This document shows, piece by piece, positions 47,766 through 60,479 of a stretch of 64,000 nt of DNA. The notes beneath the pieces were generated by a model. That model worked only from the letters and a program-made list of their open reading frames with translations, was not told where the DNA came from and did no database searches. The position numbers and the translations under genes were made by a program. Source of the DNA: Dicyema japonicum (lineage: Eukaryota > Animalia > Dicyemida); NCBI GenBank assembly GCA_011109175.1, contig RDEW01000038.1:273007-337006 (forward strand), given 5' to 3'. Positions within the stretch are counted from its first letter, which is position 1. Each line of letters begins with the position of its first letter.

Positions 47766-48788
47766 TCAAATTAATTTATTTGCAAGCAAAAATTGAAAAG
47801 TTTTTAAAAAATCTCCATTTTCACAAATAAGTGCATTCATAACACTTTCCTCAGTAATACTAAAGTACCGAGAAATAATCTACACTCATTATTCCAAATA
47901 ACCTCAACATTCCCCCATATTCTGTCCAATTCTTTACTACCATCTTCCTTGATAAATAGACTGCTTTGAATTAAGTCAGCCTCTTCAGGATTATTCAATG
48001 TATGAATTGACGACTCTGCTGTAAAATCTGACTCATCTCCAGAGAACATGGCGCTATAGACTAGGGAATCATTAAATGATCCAACATTCGTCGCCATCCG
48101 ACATCACAAAAGTTGGGACTGAGCTGGGACTAGTTTCAACAAGAGACTGAGATCGGCGGTTCGTGGGAGAAAAATATATTCGCCAATCTGTTGGGATATT
48201 GTATGAATGTATCCGCGGCAAGATTTTCTTCAGGAACCGGTCTCTCATGGATTGACTGGAATGGGAGGTAATCTGGGTTCAAATAAATTGGACCTTCTGC
48301 ACCGACATCATCTTCCATATTCTGAATCCCTTCACTTCTTCGAGAAGTTTATTTTGGTAGATATGCAATATTATTTTCATGTCGTCAGAAAAACAGTACT
48401 TTATGAGACTAATATGAGTTCAAAAAATACCCCCTGCACGTGGATTCCATGTTCTTACTGACTGAATTGGCGTTGTTTATATTGCGTATGTTTGAATACA
48501 AAAATTCATCGATGGGTAATATTTTGTTGTCTGTTATACACTAAGTTATGTAGTTCACGGAAACTGCGTTTTTTTCACAGGTTTCGTTGGAAAGAAAAAG
48601 GCTTTGTATTTTTTAAAATCTCACCTGATTGAGTCGCCAGTCTTTTTGGATGTCAGTTCTCCGCCGTGCGTCATGATTACCGCCCTCATGTTGGCCTTTT
48701 TAGGACGAGGTTTTATAGAAAATTTCATCGGAATTCCATTAACTACGAATAACACCTCATTTATATATTCAGCATTAGGAAAATCCAT
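47766..48788 (-). CDS. TERF2IP: Telomeric Rap1 (TERF2IP) homologue: BRCT + Myb + partial RCT, one in-frame TAG
   Basis: BRCT VLFVVNGIPMKFSIKPRPKK...IMTHGG. Myb DDMKII...VKGFRIWKMM...ITSHSSQSMRDRFLKKI. RCT-like YFSITEESVMNALICENGDFLKTFQFL. Introns 48602-48624, 48409-48430, 48273-48293, 48061-48085 and 47880-47902. TAG at 48541-48543. Confidence 0.8.
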
Positions 48789-48999
48789 GGAAAAACCACA
48801 AAGAAAAAAATAGTTTAAATTTAAAAATTCAGTATTTTATTTATTTTATATTTTTAATAATTATTTTATGCCAATATAAATTAAATTTTCATTAGCAAAC
48901 CAAAGTTCTATATTATAAAATATATAAAAAACCAAAGTTCTACCCGCCGCGGTTGAGGTGGTGACGTCCCTCTTTAAGTTATGTCTGATGAACACAAAA

Positions 49000-49440
49000 A
49001 TTGCAATCTAAAGGACTTCTTTAACGTTCATTGTCAGAGGACTCTTCAGTGCATGGAAAAGAAAAGAACTTTGTGAAGACCTTTCATAATATAAGAAATC
49101 AATCGGATGTCTTTACGAGACAAAAATAACGAAGGAGTTTGAGGAACAACACGGAAAGTTTAAGTTAATCTTTCTATCTGGGGATCAAAATATGGAACGC
49201 AAAAACTATACAAGATAATTGCCTGGATTCTTAACGAAACGTAGAGTAAAGGAGCCACCTTTCCACTTGGAAAAGGACTATTGATACCAGTACAAAATCG
49301 GGAAAAGTTGAGAACCTAAGACCAGTGGTCTTAACCAACACATTGCGGAAGATACTATATTATGCTTCAAAGAATGGAGAGACGCCTAGACTTGTACATG
49401 TCGGCTTATCAAAGTGGCTTCCGAAAAGGGTAAGGTAAGT
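49000..49440 (+). mobile_element. RTE-like RT remnant
   Basis: LGKGLLIPVQ..GKVENLRPVVL...YQSGFRK. Confidence 0.6.
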
Positions 49441-49539
49441 TATTATAAAGAAAAAGCACTGTAAATTAAGTGATGGGGGAAGTAATATGAAACGGTAGGG
49501 CATGCCAACCGACTTCTACCCCGACAGTCTCCCCAACAA

Positions 49540-52210
49540 AAATCCGTAAACACAGGGTCATCTCTGAAGATAAATGCCAGATACTTTAGTTCGATTTTTG
49601 AAACCTCGAATAAGATCGTCGATAGTTCCTCCAACCTTGCAAATTTTTCCTTCCAACCATAGGGAATTGGCATACGAGATTTATCCCGTAAGCAAGCTTT
49701 AGAGCAAAATTTCGCGTTTTCTCAAATTTCTTGAGAATAGAGTCTTTCTTTTTTGAGTCGTACCATCCTTCTAAACCGTATAGCATTGCAGGTAGTATTG
49801 CAGTGTTGAAAACATAAACAAAGGTCTCTGGCTCGAGCTTTAATTTTCTAACGCAGAACAGAGCGTTCGTAGCTTTTTTCTTTGGTATTTTAGCATATTC
49901 CACAAAATTACCTCCCTCGTCAATTAAGAGATCAAAGTATTTCACAGTCTTCTTTCGAGGTATGTCTTTAACGAGCTCTTAGGTTAATTAGCCTCCTGCT
50001 TCCAGTTATCCTTACCAGACCAGACTTTTCATGTTCCACCGAATGGAAGGTTTCATTACACCACTCTTCGATCTGGTCCATGTACGTTTCCAAACGATTC
50101 TCAGATACCAAAGGGTTTAAAGAAACATCATAAATTTTGACGTCATTAGCGTATATCAAAATTTATGTACGTGGGTTTTCTGGAGAAGGCAATTTAATCA
50201 TTACAATGTTAAATAATAGAGGACTGAGCACTGAACCCAAAGTACACCTCTTCTCAACCAAATTTCACGAGATTAATAGTTTAAAAAATTAACAATTGAC
50301 CGTCTATCCGAGAGCAAACTTTGTATCCAAAATAGAGTTCCTTTTAAATACCACATTTCGCAAGACAAATAAAAGACCAAGATGCCACACACTATCGAAA
50401 GCTTTGGTATATATCAAGGCAGACTGCGGTCAAACACCCTTTAGTTTCCAAAGCCTTCACAATTGATGCGTTAACACTGTACAATCTCCACAAGACCGAT
50501 TTTCGAAAACCCAACTGATGTCCTTTAGTATATCATTACGTTCTATATTTTCAGAAAGTCTGTTGAAAACAATTTTTTCCATAACTCTTGAGATCGTTGG
50601 AATAAGGCTTATGGGCCTATAACTGGTTGTTAAGTACCCAGGTTTCCCAGAATTACGTATCAATATGCGAAGGTATGTGACCCAACCTGATACTGCACCT
50701 ATAGAGACATTCCAGATATTCATAAAGTACCTTGAGTGCTTCCTTGAATAAACGAATAGCGATATTGTCCTTTAAAGGAACATTGTCTTTAGTTCATTTT
50801 ACCGCATTTTCAACTTCCCAGTATTTATAGGGCAGTAACAGGGTAAAGAACTAACTACTTTTTACAACTTTTCTTTTAGGGAACTGAGGGCCAAGCGAGT
50901 CAGTCGCTCATCAGGGTTAACCTGTTGTATTTCTAAAGTTCATCCACAAACAGGTTAGGGATTTCTTATAAAGATACAGGAGACCCATCATGACATTGCA
51001 ACAATGGAATTTCTTTTCTGGATTAACGTCCGGTTACTTTATTATAGACTTTCCAAAAGTTTGGGGTTTTTCGATACAACTCCCTACACTGAGCTATCTA
51101 AAAATTATTTTTCTTAACTTTTTCTAATCTGCGTATTTCTTGTGTGATCATCATAATTGTTAGCTCCATGAGCCTACGGTCATGGGATCAGGACATCGAC
51201 GTAGGTTGTTTTTCAAGCGTTGTTTCCTCTTCAAAATGACTTTAACATTTTTTGGTGTCAAGGGAAAATTCTTGTCAACCGAATAGACTTTATTCGCCTA
51301 TGTTTAGAGGTACGATTTTAAAAAACAATTAGAGAGTCACTCGAACTCTCAAGATCCAGCTTGGAAGACTCCGGATTACAAAAATTCCCAAAACGTTCCA
51401 AATATATATGTGTGTTGTCCAATTTAGTCGTGTCCGACTTTAGGAGATCTCATGAACGAGTTTCCAAATATATAGCAATGCTTTTTCGGTAATGGCCCCA
51501 GTTTATACTTGTCAGATCATAGCATACTAGAGCAGGCTTGACCTCTAAAGGAGCTAGGTTGAGTTTATAAAGGATTGGTAGATGATCACTACCAATATCA
51601 CCAAGCGTATTCGGTTGTTTCAAAAATTGATGAAACAGATTCCGATATTAACGCCATTCCCAAAGAATCCCAGCCACTTGGAGAATAGTCATCGGGGTCG
51701 AGGACATCACAACAGAAAACCCGGAAGACACAGACATATCTTTTGAAACAAGACCGTATCTATTCGTCTCCAGACAACCAAACGAGGTATCTTTGGAGTT
51801 TAAGTCTCCCAAAAGGATCAAGAACGGTGCATTTCATCATGAAAAAAATTCTCGATAAATTAAGAATACGAAGATAATTTTTTAGAAAACATTCCTCCAA
51901 TTTTCATCCACATATTTTCCAATCGTACTTCCAGAGAAACAAACTCACACAATTCTTGGGATATGATCTTCAGGTTACGAACCCTTAGATTTTAGTCTGT
52001 AGAACAAATATGTACCCGTTCCTCCTACCGAGCCAGACTTCCATTTAATATCAAGAGAACAATATCCCTCAAGTCGAAAATTATCCTCACTCTTTTAACT
52101 TCGTTTCATTAACAATTAGTATATCAACGGGATCGGTGGATAACATATGCACAATCTCAACGCCTTCTTTTTAAGGATCGGGCGTTCACCGTAATGAGAC
52201 CTTCCTACCT
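49540..52210 (-). mobile_element. Decayed Jockey/I-like LINE ORF2 (same family as 740-3790)
   Basis: TVNARSLK APE start at ~52190. YRPISLIPTISRVMEK, YANDV and ALFCVRKLKL...LYGLEGW. Confidence 0.82.
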
Positions 52211-52449
52211 TCTCCCTATCCAATTCCACTGGTGAAGATTACCATTATGAAAAAAACTTTTCCGGCGAAGAATGAAGTGATGTAGGACGTGCTATGAAAG
52301 TGGAAAAGGGTGAATTACTTCTCGACATCTCTTCGGAAGCAGACTATTGAAAGATGAATTTATGTAATTTATAACATTATTTTTATTAAAATTTATCTCA
52401 GAGTTTCAATAGCTCACTCAAAACTGCGCAAAACTGCAGTATATAGTTA

Positions 52450-53335
52450 AATAAACAGTTTTGCGCCTTCTGCACTGGGACTTGATCGGAATGGTAACGA
52501 AAAGGAGTCTCTCACTACCATTATGAGACCAACATTCGTTCTTTTTTGGAAAATATCCACATCCCCAGTTGTCCCATGGCTTCTAACCGTACGAGGGAGA
52601 CATGTGGTCAGAACGAGGAAGTTGAAGTGCTCCGTCTCAAAAGAACTGTCCGGTCGAAGTTTAATTGAAGGTGGCACCCGCGCAGCCATCAGGGCACTTT
52701 CCTAGAGTTGACCACGAAAACCGACTCCAGACGCCTACAATATTTTTACTGAACAAGCATCCACTGCCATCCCAGAACCTACGCTAAGGCGCTCCCCTAT
52801 CCGGAGTGAGTCCCTTGATTGCATCCAACGATGAAGTTCTCGCAATACGGAATTTTGCCCCTAGTAGCAATGGCGGGCTCGACCGAATGAGACCTGGCTA
52901 CCTGAAGGATCTAACATCTTTGTCCGTTGGAGACCAGGGACTTCGTATTACGAATTCAATTACTTCACATATGAACCAGATCATGTCTAGAGTTCTTCCC
53001 GAAGTTCTCCACCACTTTGATAGCCTTTGATAAGAAGGGAGGCAGAGTACGACCAGTTGCGGTCGGGCTTGTCTTCAGAAGACTGGCTGCTAAATTTGCC
53101 TTCAGACATTCTATTTCACTCGTCACAAAATTCTTGAACCCACCTTAAGTAGGCGTCGGTATTCGCTTGGGATGCGAGGCCGATGTCCATTCAATGAGGA
53201 CATCAAGAACGCCTTCAATAGTTTAGGAGGGACAATATCCTAAAGGCTTGTGTTGAGAGATGCCCTAATATCTTCGAATTTGTGAATCAGTCATACAGCC
53301 TACCTTCATCTTTACTTTTCGAAAACTACCTAATC
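52450..53335 (+). mobile_element. CRE-clade non-LTR element, 5' half (split by hAT)
   Basis: GGTRAAIRAL, GGLDRMRPGYLKDL, VRPVAVGLVFRRL, VGVGIRLGCEA and YSLPSSLLF. Confidence 0.8.
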
Positions 53336-54489
53336 TAAGGATGTCAAAATTCTGCCCTCGGCAAGTTTAGGTGCGGCCCGCGAGCCTCATGCGCAGCAGT
53401 AATGTTTAGTGGAGTTAGTTAAATGCGACAGTACCGTGCAGCTCAATTTTATGGCTATAAAACGAATATTTTAATTTTAATTATAAAATATTTTTTTAAT
53501 TTTAATTATTTTTAATAGTATTTGTAGATGTTGTTTGTCAATGCCACGTGTTTGTTCTGGAAATAAAAAATGGTGTTTGAAAGATGAAAAGAGAGTGTTT
53601 CTAAAAACTGGGAACTTATCTATTTTTTACAACGATTGATGGAAAAATACATTGTTTGATATGTAACCAATTTCATCGCTATACCGAAAGAATACAACTT
53701 AAAAAGGCATTACCATTCTAATTATAGATCATACGATTATTTCGAAGGTACTAAGTTGTTTATTAACCAATGAGGTACAATGCGTGTTTCAAAGCTTAAT
53801 GAATTACGAAATAATGTGACTTCGTCACAGGCTCATTTCACAAACATTCACATTCGAAGTACTGCATCAGTTATTGCAAGCTATGAAATAAGCAGAATGC
53901 TTGCAATGAATGGGAAATCATATTGTGATGGTGATTTCATCAAGCAATGCCTCATAAAAACAGCAAATATTATTTGTCCAGACAAGACTCACTTGTTCAA
54001 AGATATTTTCTTTGACCAGAAACACAGTTGCCGAACATATCAAAGAAATGTTTTTTGCATTTGAAACAAAAATTAAAGTCTGTACTGTTTAAATTTGAAT
54101 ATTTTTCAATTGCGATCGACCTGACTTCTATTGTTTAAATTTATAAAGCCAAAATAAAACTTATTAAAAAAAATTGCGATCGATGAAACGGTCGACGTTA
54201 TTGGAATTGCATAATTAGCAATCTTTATAGAGCTTGTGATTCAGATTTTAATATTTATGAAGAATTTCTCGAACTTGTACCAATGCATGATACTACTACA
54301 AGTGAAGATATCTTTGTTAAACTGCTACAAATTTTCTTTGACTATGGATTTGATTAAAATAAGCTTATACGTTTGTGCACCGATGGTGCTCCGAATATGG
54401 CTGGATGACATGCTGGAGTTGCTGTCAAATTGCGAGCTAAAATAAAAAATTTAAATCCTGGTCATCATTTGCTCATTTTCATTGTATTA

Positions 54490-57430
54490 TGTCGCGAGCG
54501 CTACTTGCAATATCGATTTTTTTGCTCGAAATTAAACGAGTAGTATTAAGACACTCACAAGTCGAACCATTTTAACAGATATAACATGATTTATTCGCAA
54601 AACCCCAACTAACTAAACAAGGTAAGAGCCATTAACTAAAGAGGAAAGCCAAGATTTGGGGTCGTCTCTATCGGGGCACTCATGAGACACCGTATGTCTC
54701 TTCTCCGTAAAAAGCCCCAATTACAATGCGAGTTTCCACAAGCAATGTAATAAATCACCGATTCTTCTCGTTTTTCTTTCGTATTCGTCATCAATTTCAG
54801 ATGCTAAATCCAATCCATGTGCTTCAATTTAGTTGCGTTTATAATTAGAACTTCCATCTGGATCGTGCTATAGCAACCAGCACTGAGGCCCGTTTCCGAA
54901 GAGAACGGGCATTAATGAGGTTTATCCTGACTACTTCTGGTTTTTTCGGTGGCTGCCCTCTCTTCTTAAGAGCACCACTCTCTTTTCTGTGTTGAAGCTT
55001 CTACTGTTTCTTTTTTAGAAGGTTTCTTATTATATGTTGTATTCCAGCCAGTCTTCCCATACATTCTAAACTCTGACTTTAATTTCTTATTCGTTCCAGT
55101 TTTGGAAACTTCACTTTCTCCATTATGGGCATTTTCTCGTTTTAGAGATAATTTTCCATTCGATTCTTTCCTTTTTTGGTCAATTTTGTTTTTCTTCACA
55201 ATGTTAGCTTCAACAGCCTTGGGGCATCTTCCATAATTTAGTTTCGTTTATAATTAGAACATCCATCTGGATCGTGCTGGCTAGAGCAACGAGCACTGAG
55301 GCCCGTTTCCAAAGAGAACGGGCATTAATCAGGGTTATCCTGACTACTTCTGGTTTTTTCGGTGGCTGCCCTCTCTTCTTAAGAGCACCACTCTCTTCTC
55401 TGTGTTGAAGCTTCTACTGTTTCTTTTTTAGAATGTTTCTTATTATATGTCCTATTCCAGCCAGTTTTAATTTCTTATTCGTTCCAATTTTGGAAACTTC
55501 ACTTTCTCCATTAAGGGCATTTTCTCGTTTTAGAGATAATTTTCCATTCGATTCTTTCCTTTTTGGTCAATTTTGTTTTTTTTCGCTATGTTAGGTTCAA
55601 CAGCCTTGGGAGATCTTTATAATTGGCAAAGTCGATGGATGAACCACAATTCAAAGACTTATTATTGTTGTTAACCGGACACTGCGATCTTCTATGTGAA
55701 TCAGAACAAACATGGCATCTTTCAACACATTTCCATTAGGCCTGAAGTATGTTTCTCAAACTCGTAGTATATTTCTTCGTCTTGTAGCACCAGTGGCACC
55801 ACTTTTTCATTAGTGGCACCACTGAAGCTTCGCCCATTTTAAAGAACCATTTTAAAGAAACCAGTTTTACTCAAAAAAACATGAAACTAAAATTATATGT
55901 AGATTTATGTTATGCTTTAAAACATATAAAATTGAATTTATTTTTTAAATTCTTAAATTATCTTACTATTAATAATACTGATAAGCATTCTAAATAATTA
56001 AAAAATTAATTTCAACAATAAAACTCTTCATTTTTCAATATTTTAAACTATTAAAAATTCCAGGTTATACGACTGTACTCAGTTAAGACAAAAAATTCAA
56101 AAAAAATATTTTATTTATAAGAAAAGGTAGTCACTTCTTTTTAAGCTTTTTAACGCGACTCGTGTGGAAGATCTCGCTATGTCCCTCATTTGATTGAAGT
56201 GTCATTCGCTTGTTAGACAATATATCTAGACTTTCACTTTTTCACTGTAGGGAAATTCAAATTTCCCTAACTTTAGCGAGGGATTTGTCCCATGGTCTTT
56301 TTTTACGCAAACCTATATTGTCAATGTAATTAACTAACCTCATCTCCTTTCTCAAATGAGTATTTTGAGCAATGAACACCCACGAAACGGATTGTAACAT
56401 AATTTATATATAAGGCCATATAACCTGTTGAACTATGATAACTAAGATTATAAAATTGGACAGCTTTTTTAATCTGTTTTTTCCAACATTTATTTGGATC
56501 ATCAAACAACATCTTCGACAAAGTTCGAGTGATTATCTGATTGAATCTTTCTTTTTGAATAAATATCACTTTTTTTCTTTAAGCTTTTTGTAACACCATA
56601 TTTTGAATAAATATCAATAGCCGTTAAAAGCCACGAATAGCCATCATTATGCTCGCTAAACCTAGAGAATATAAAAAATTTATACCTTTTAAGATCGATT
56701 AAATCTATTTGAAATCTCTCATTAAGCCGAGTTGCTATTATATGATTTTCTTCATCATATTCCTTAAGACTTCTGGCAAAAAGACATGTCTCACAAGTCA
56801 GAAGGGGCAGGTCAGAAGTTTTCGTACAGACAATATCATAAGAATTCGTGGAAGTGCTATGAATGAAATATAAATATCGTTTTTATTAAGTCAAAGCAAT
56901 CTCCTACTGGAATGGAAATATTGGAATCCGCAGATAAAACTGTTATTCAAAAGAATACCACATTATAAACAATCTGATAAAAAACAAGGAAGACTCTTGA
57001 AAAGCAAATAGTCTGGAGAGAAATATAGAGGAGAGAATATAAATAGGGACAAATCAAATAGTGAAGAATAATCCATATTTAAAGGATACCAAAATACAAA
57101 ATATATATTAGACATTTTGATAACAGCCTTTCAACTCTATTTGATGAATCCACTAATATATTAATGAAGAAAATGTAAGACAATACAAAAATAATATGGA
57201 CTAAGCATTAGCACAAACGAAGCACCACAACAACGTGGACAAGCGTGACATAACAATTCAAATTAGAATTAATAGTTTATATTAATTTTATACATTAAAA
57301 TTAATATTTTATATTACTAAAAATTAGAATTTTAATCCAAAAGAACAATTTTCATAGATTCAAAAAAATTCAAAAAATTCAAAAAATCGATATTGCAGGT
57401 AGCGCATAGTTGCAAGTAGCGCTTGCGACA
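54490..57430 (-). mobile_element. Ginger2-like element inserted in the hAT transposase
   Basis: TIR TGTCGC(G/A)AGCGCTACTTGCAA at both ends. 5-bp TSD TATTA (54485-54489, 57431-57435). Integrase remnant ERFNQIITRTL...YNLSYHSSTG. Confidence 0.85.
54760..55790 (-). mobile_element. Jockey/I-like LINE fragment (ORF1 end + APE start) with ~410-bp tandem duplication
   Basis: ERCHVCSDSHRRSQC knuckle and RITLINARSLWKR..DVLIINETK. 54828-55240 is duplicated at 55240-55625. Confidence 0.75.
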
Positions 57431-58319
57431 TATTATTTATCAGCAAAATTTGTGCTATTATGGAAATGAAAGGCCAAAACACAGACGAGATGAAAAGTGA
57501 ATCTTGGATCCAAGATTTGGCCTTTGCAGTTGATATTCCTTCACATATGAACGACCTTAATTTGGAATTGCAGGGCAAAAACAAGCTCATAACTCAGTTG
57601 TCAGATGATATCAAGTGTTTTATTTCGAAAATAAAATTATGGAAATCTCAGCTATTAAATAAAGATTTAGTTCATTTTTCTACGTGTAAACAACTGAGGA
57701 GTACTGTTGGTGCACATACTGTAATTAGTTTTTCCAAGTATGAAGGACAACTTTTTGTTAAAGGAATTTCTAAAAAATTTAATGATTTCTCGTTTTTTGA
57801 ACAATAATTTTCATTATTCACAGCACCATTCGTTTTTAATGCTTCCAATGCAGATAAAGTTTACAAATGGAATTGTTGGAGATCCAATCGGATTCTATAC
57901 TAAAGGCTAAATATTTGGAGGTTGGAATACTTGGTTTTTTTCACGTCTTACTGAAAAATTTAAAAACTTTAAAAATTTTGCTACCATAATAATTGCTATG
58001 TTTGGTTAGAAAGATGTGTGTAAACAACTTTGTTCATTTATGAAATTAACAAAAACAGTTCAAAGAACAAGACTCACTGATGAAAATTTATCGGCTTTAA
58101 TAAAAGTCGGGACTACACGAATAGTTGAGCTCAACATATCAAAAATTGTATCCGAAAAAGATGTCAATCTTCCGGAAGTTGCTCTAAACACGATTAGAAG
58201 ATGGTGACTACATATTTAGTTTTCCCTTATTTTTGGTTTTTCATTAAAATAAATAAGTAATCTTGATGAAAAATTATCATAAAAAGCGGCCCTCGAAGCT
58301 AAATAGTTTGACACCCCTG

Positions 58320-59450
58320 ACCTACTCCATTCCTATTCCTGGAGTGCAACAGGGAGATCCTCTTGGACCCCAATTGTTTTGCCTTGCAATAGAGAAAATC
58401 ACCAAACTTCCGTGCTCGCCCCCGGATACTGTTTTCCGGGATTTGGAAGTGATAATTCAAGCACCGTTGGAAGCTGGAATGGAATTAAATTACACTAAAT
58501 GCGAAACCTACAATTGCGGACTTTCAGAAGAGAAGTATTCAAAAGCTTTGTCATGTTTCGGTAAATTTACTGCCTGGAAGTATTTCCAAACCCGATGAAG
58601 AACTTATATTCTTCGGGTCCCCAATCACCATAAATGCAATGGGAAGAGCTATACGTGAAAAAACGACTGTTACTCGAAGAGACTCTGAACCGCATGTGTC
58701 TACTTGACATGCATACAACATTATTCCTCCTGAAAAACAGTCTCAACGTACAGAGGCTTGCATATGTCCTGAGGACTGCTCCCTATTTCACCCTGTGTGA
58801 CCAACTCGCACAGATTAACGAGATATTCCGTACGACAGCGGAACGTGTCTTCAAAGTCCGGTTCGAAGATTACTCATGGAAGTAAGCCACACTGCCGATG
58901 AGACTCGAAGGACTTGGAATTCGGAACCCTGTGGACCTTTCTCTCCCTTCATACCTATCATCGCTATTGGCCTGTGACTCCATGTCAAGAGGATTCTACA
59001 CTCAATACCTGAATTCTCTATTGACAAGGACGCCGGCCATGCTTGTGAGGCATGGAGCCACACTTATCAGCTTTCTCTGCCTTCCTTGTTCTCTCAACGG
59101 GGCTTGGACGATGCTATATGCTGGAATTCTTTCAAAGATTTGCTAGTGTCATCTAGCCAACATCGCCGCCGTGCCTGCTTGTTGTAGGGGGCCTCTTCCA
59201 AAGCGCCATTCCAATTGGAATTCTGGGTACCTTCCTGAATGATGAATGCGTCCGTATTAGGATCTCATTGCGAATGGGATTAAAAGTCTTGTGTTCCACA
59301 TCTGTGCCGATGCAGAGACAAGATCGACTTGATTTAGCCTACACACTCTATCCTGCATGAGGAGTGCAGGCAGATTTCCCAGAAGCCTGAACGAAGTCGT
59401 TAGGCGAGCTTTGGACGCTGCCGGACACCCCTTTATGCTCGAACCTGACA
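58320..59450 (+). mobile_element. CRE-clade element, 3' half
   Basis: GVQQGDPLGPQLFCLAI, LPMRLEGLGIR, LHTLSC and [15 protein letters not shown]. Confidence 0.85.
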
Positions 59451-59519
59451 ACAAAGAATAAATCTAGAAGATATCTTTCAGAGATATCAGGTGTCCTCCA
59501 GATGTTGTTACCACAATGA

Positions 59520-59820
59520 CCGGATAATTTTATTTTTTGTTTTAACAATGGGAGAGAAGACGGATGCATTTCTCTCCACTATGGGACGAACATTGTATTG
59601 GAACGAAATAACCCGCCTATGAATACCGAAAGTCAAAGTGGGTTCAGAGAAGGAAGATCAACAGCTGATGCAGTCTGGAGTCACTGATGGGGATGTGCAA
59701 CACTTCAAAGATATTGCAATGCCACCCACATTCTGGGAATAGATCTATCAAAAGCCTTTGATCGGTTAACAGGAACAAATTGATGACAGTGCTGGAAGGA
59801 CATCTTGACGAATAAAGTCT
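59520..59820 (+). mobile_element. RTE-like RT remnant
   Basis: SQSGFREGRSTADAVW and LGIDLSKAFD. Confidence 0.7.
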
Positions 59821-60479
59821 AACCAAACATAATTTCGTTTTGGAGATTTCATCCTTAAAGACAAACGAGTCCGGTTCTTGGCTTTTACCACTGAACCAAT
59901 TATCATTGATTCTACAAGAGCCCGGGACCTCTGGTAAATATCAAATATCGAAAACCTTTGGAAGCGTCCACGACGCCTGAGGACGGCCGGCCTCATACAG
60001 GGTAGCGAGGTCAAAGTTAAGACGTGATGCTTGTAGAATGTGTCTGATTACAACCATAAGAACTGGATAAACATCTCCATGTATATCTGGGGTTATTTAA
60101 AAAACCCTCAAAAATTTAGTAAACAAAACAATGAAAACAAAATTCCCTTAATTGTTTCTCGACCTATATTAGTTGTGTATTTGCAAGTCTTGAAGTTATA
60201 AAATATGAAAGCATCTAATTCGAGAATTCAAAATCAATATATAAAATCAATACGAATTTCTTTCATTTGTATTTATTATTAAAATTCGAGTTATAACTGA
60301 TATAGAGTTTCTCGAACATTAGCGTCACTTTCCCAATCAATAACGCACTAATTTTTTAAGGTAAAAACAAACTTTTTTTTTAATTTTCAACACCTCCTCT
60401 GGAAACATAGTTTTTCTACGTGGTGAATAAATTATAATTGGAATAGGAGATGACGTAATAGGTAATGGACCATAATTTG

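Larger units (their letters stand above)
53336..58319 (+). mobile_element. hAT (Buster/SPIN/GTF2IRD2-type) transposon
   Basis: TIR CAGGGGTGTCAAAC (left copy degenerate). 8-bp TSD acctaatc/acctactc with central TA. KEYNLKRHY, SIAIDET, CTDGAPNM, HCII, DLAFAVDI and LNLELQG motifs. Confidence 0.9.

Noticed and set aside
48541-48543. Genome-wide TAG reassignment
   Set aside because: SLC6, INTS7, RPL18 and HOP2 contain no in-frame TAG after splicing, so one case does not support a code change.
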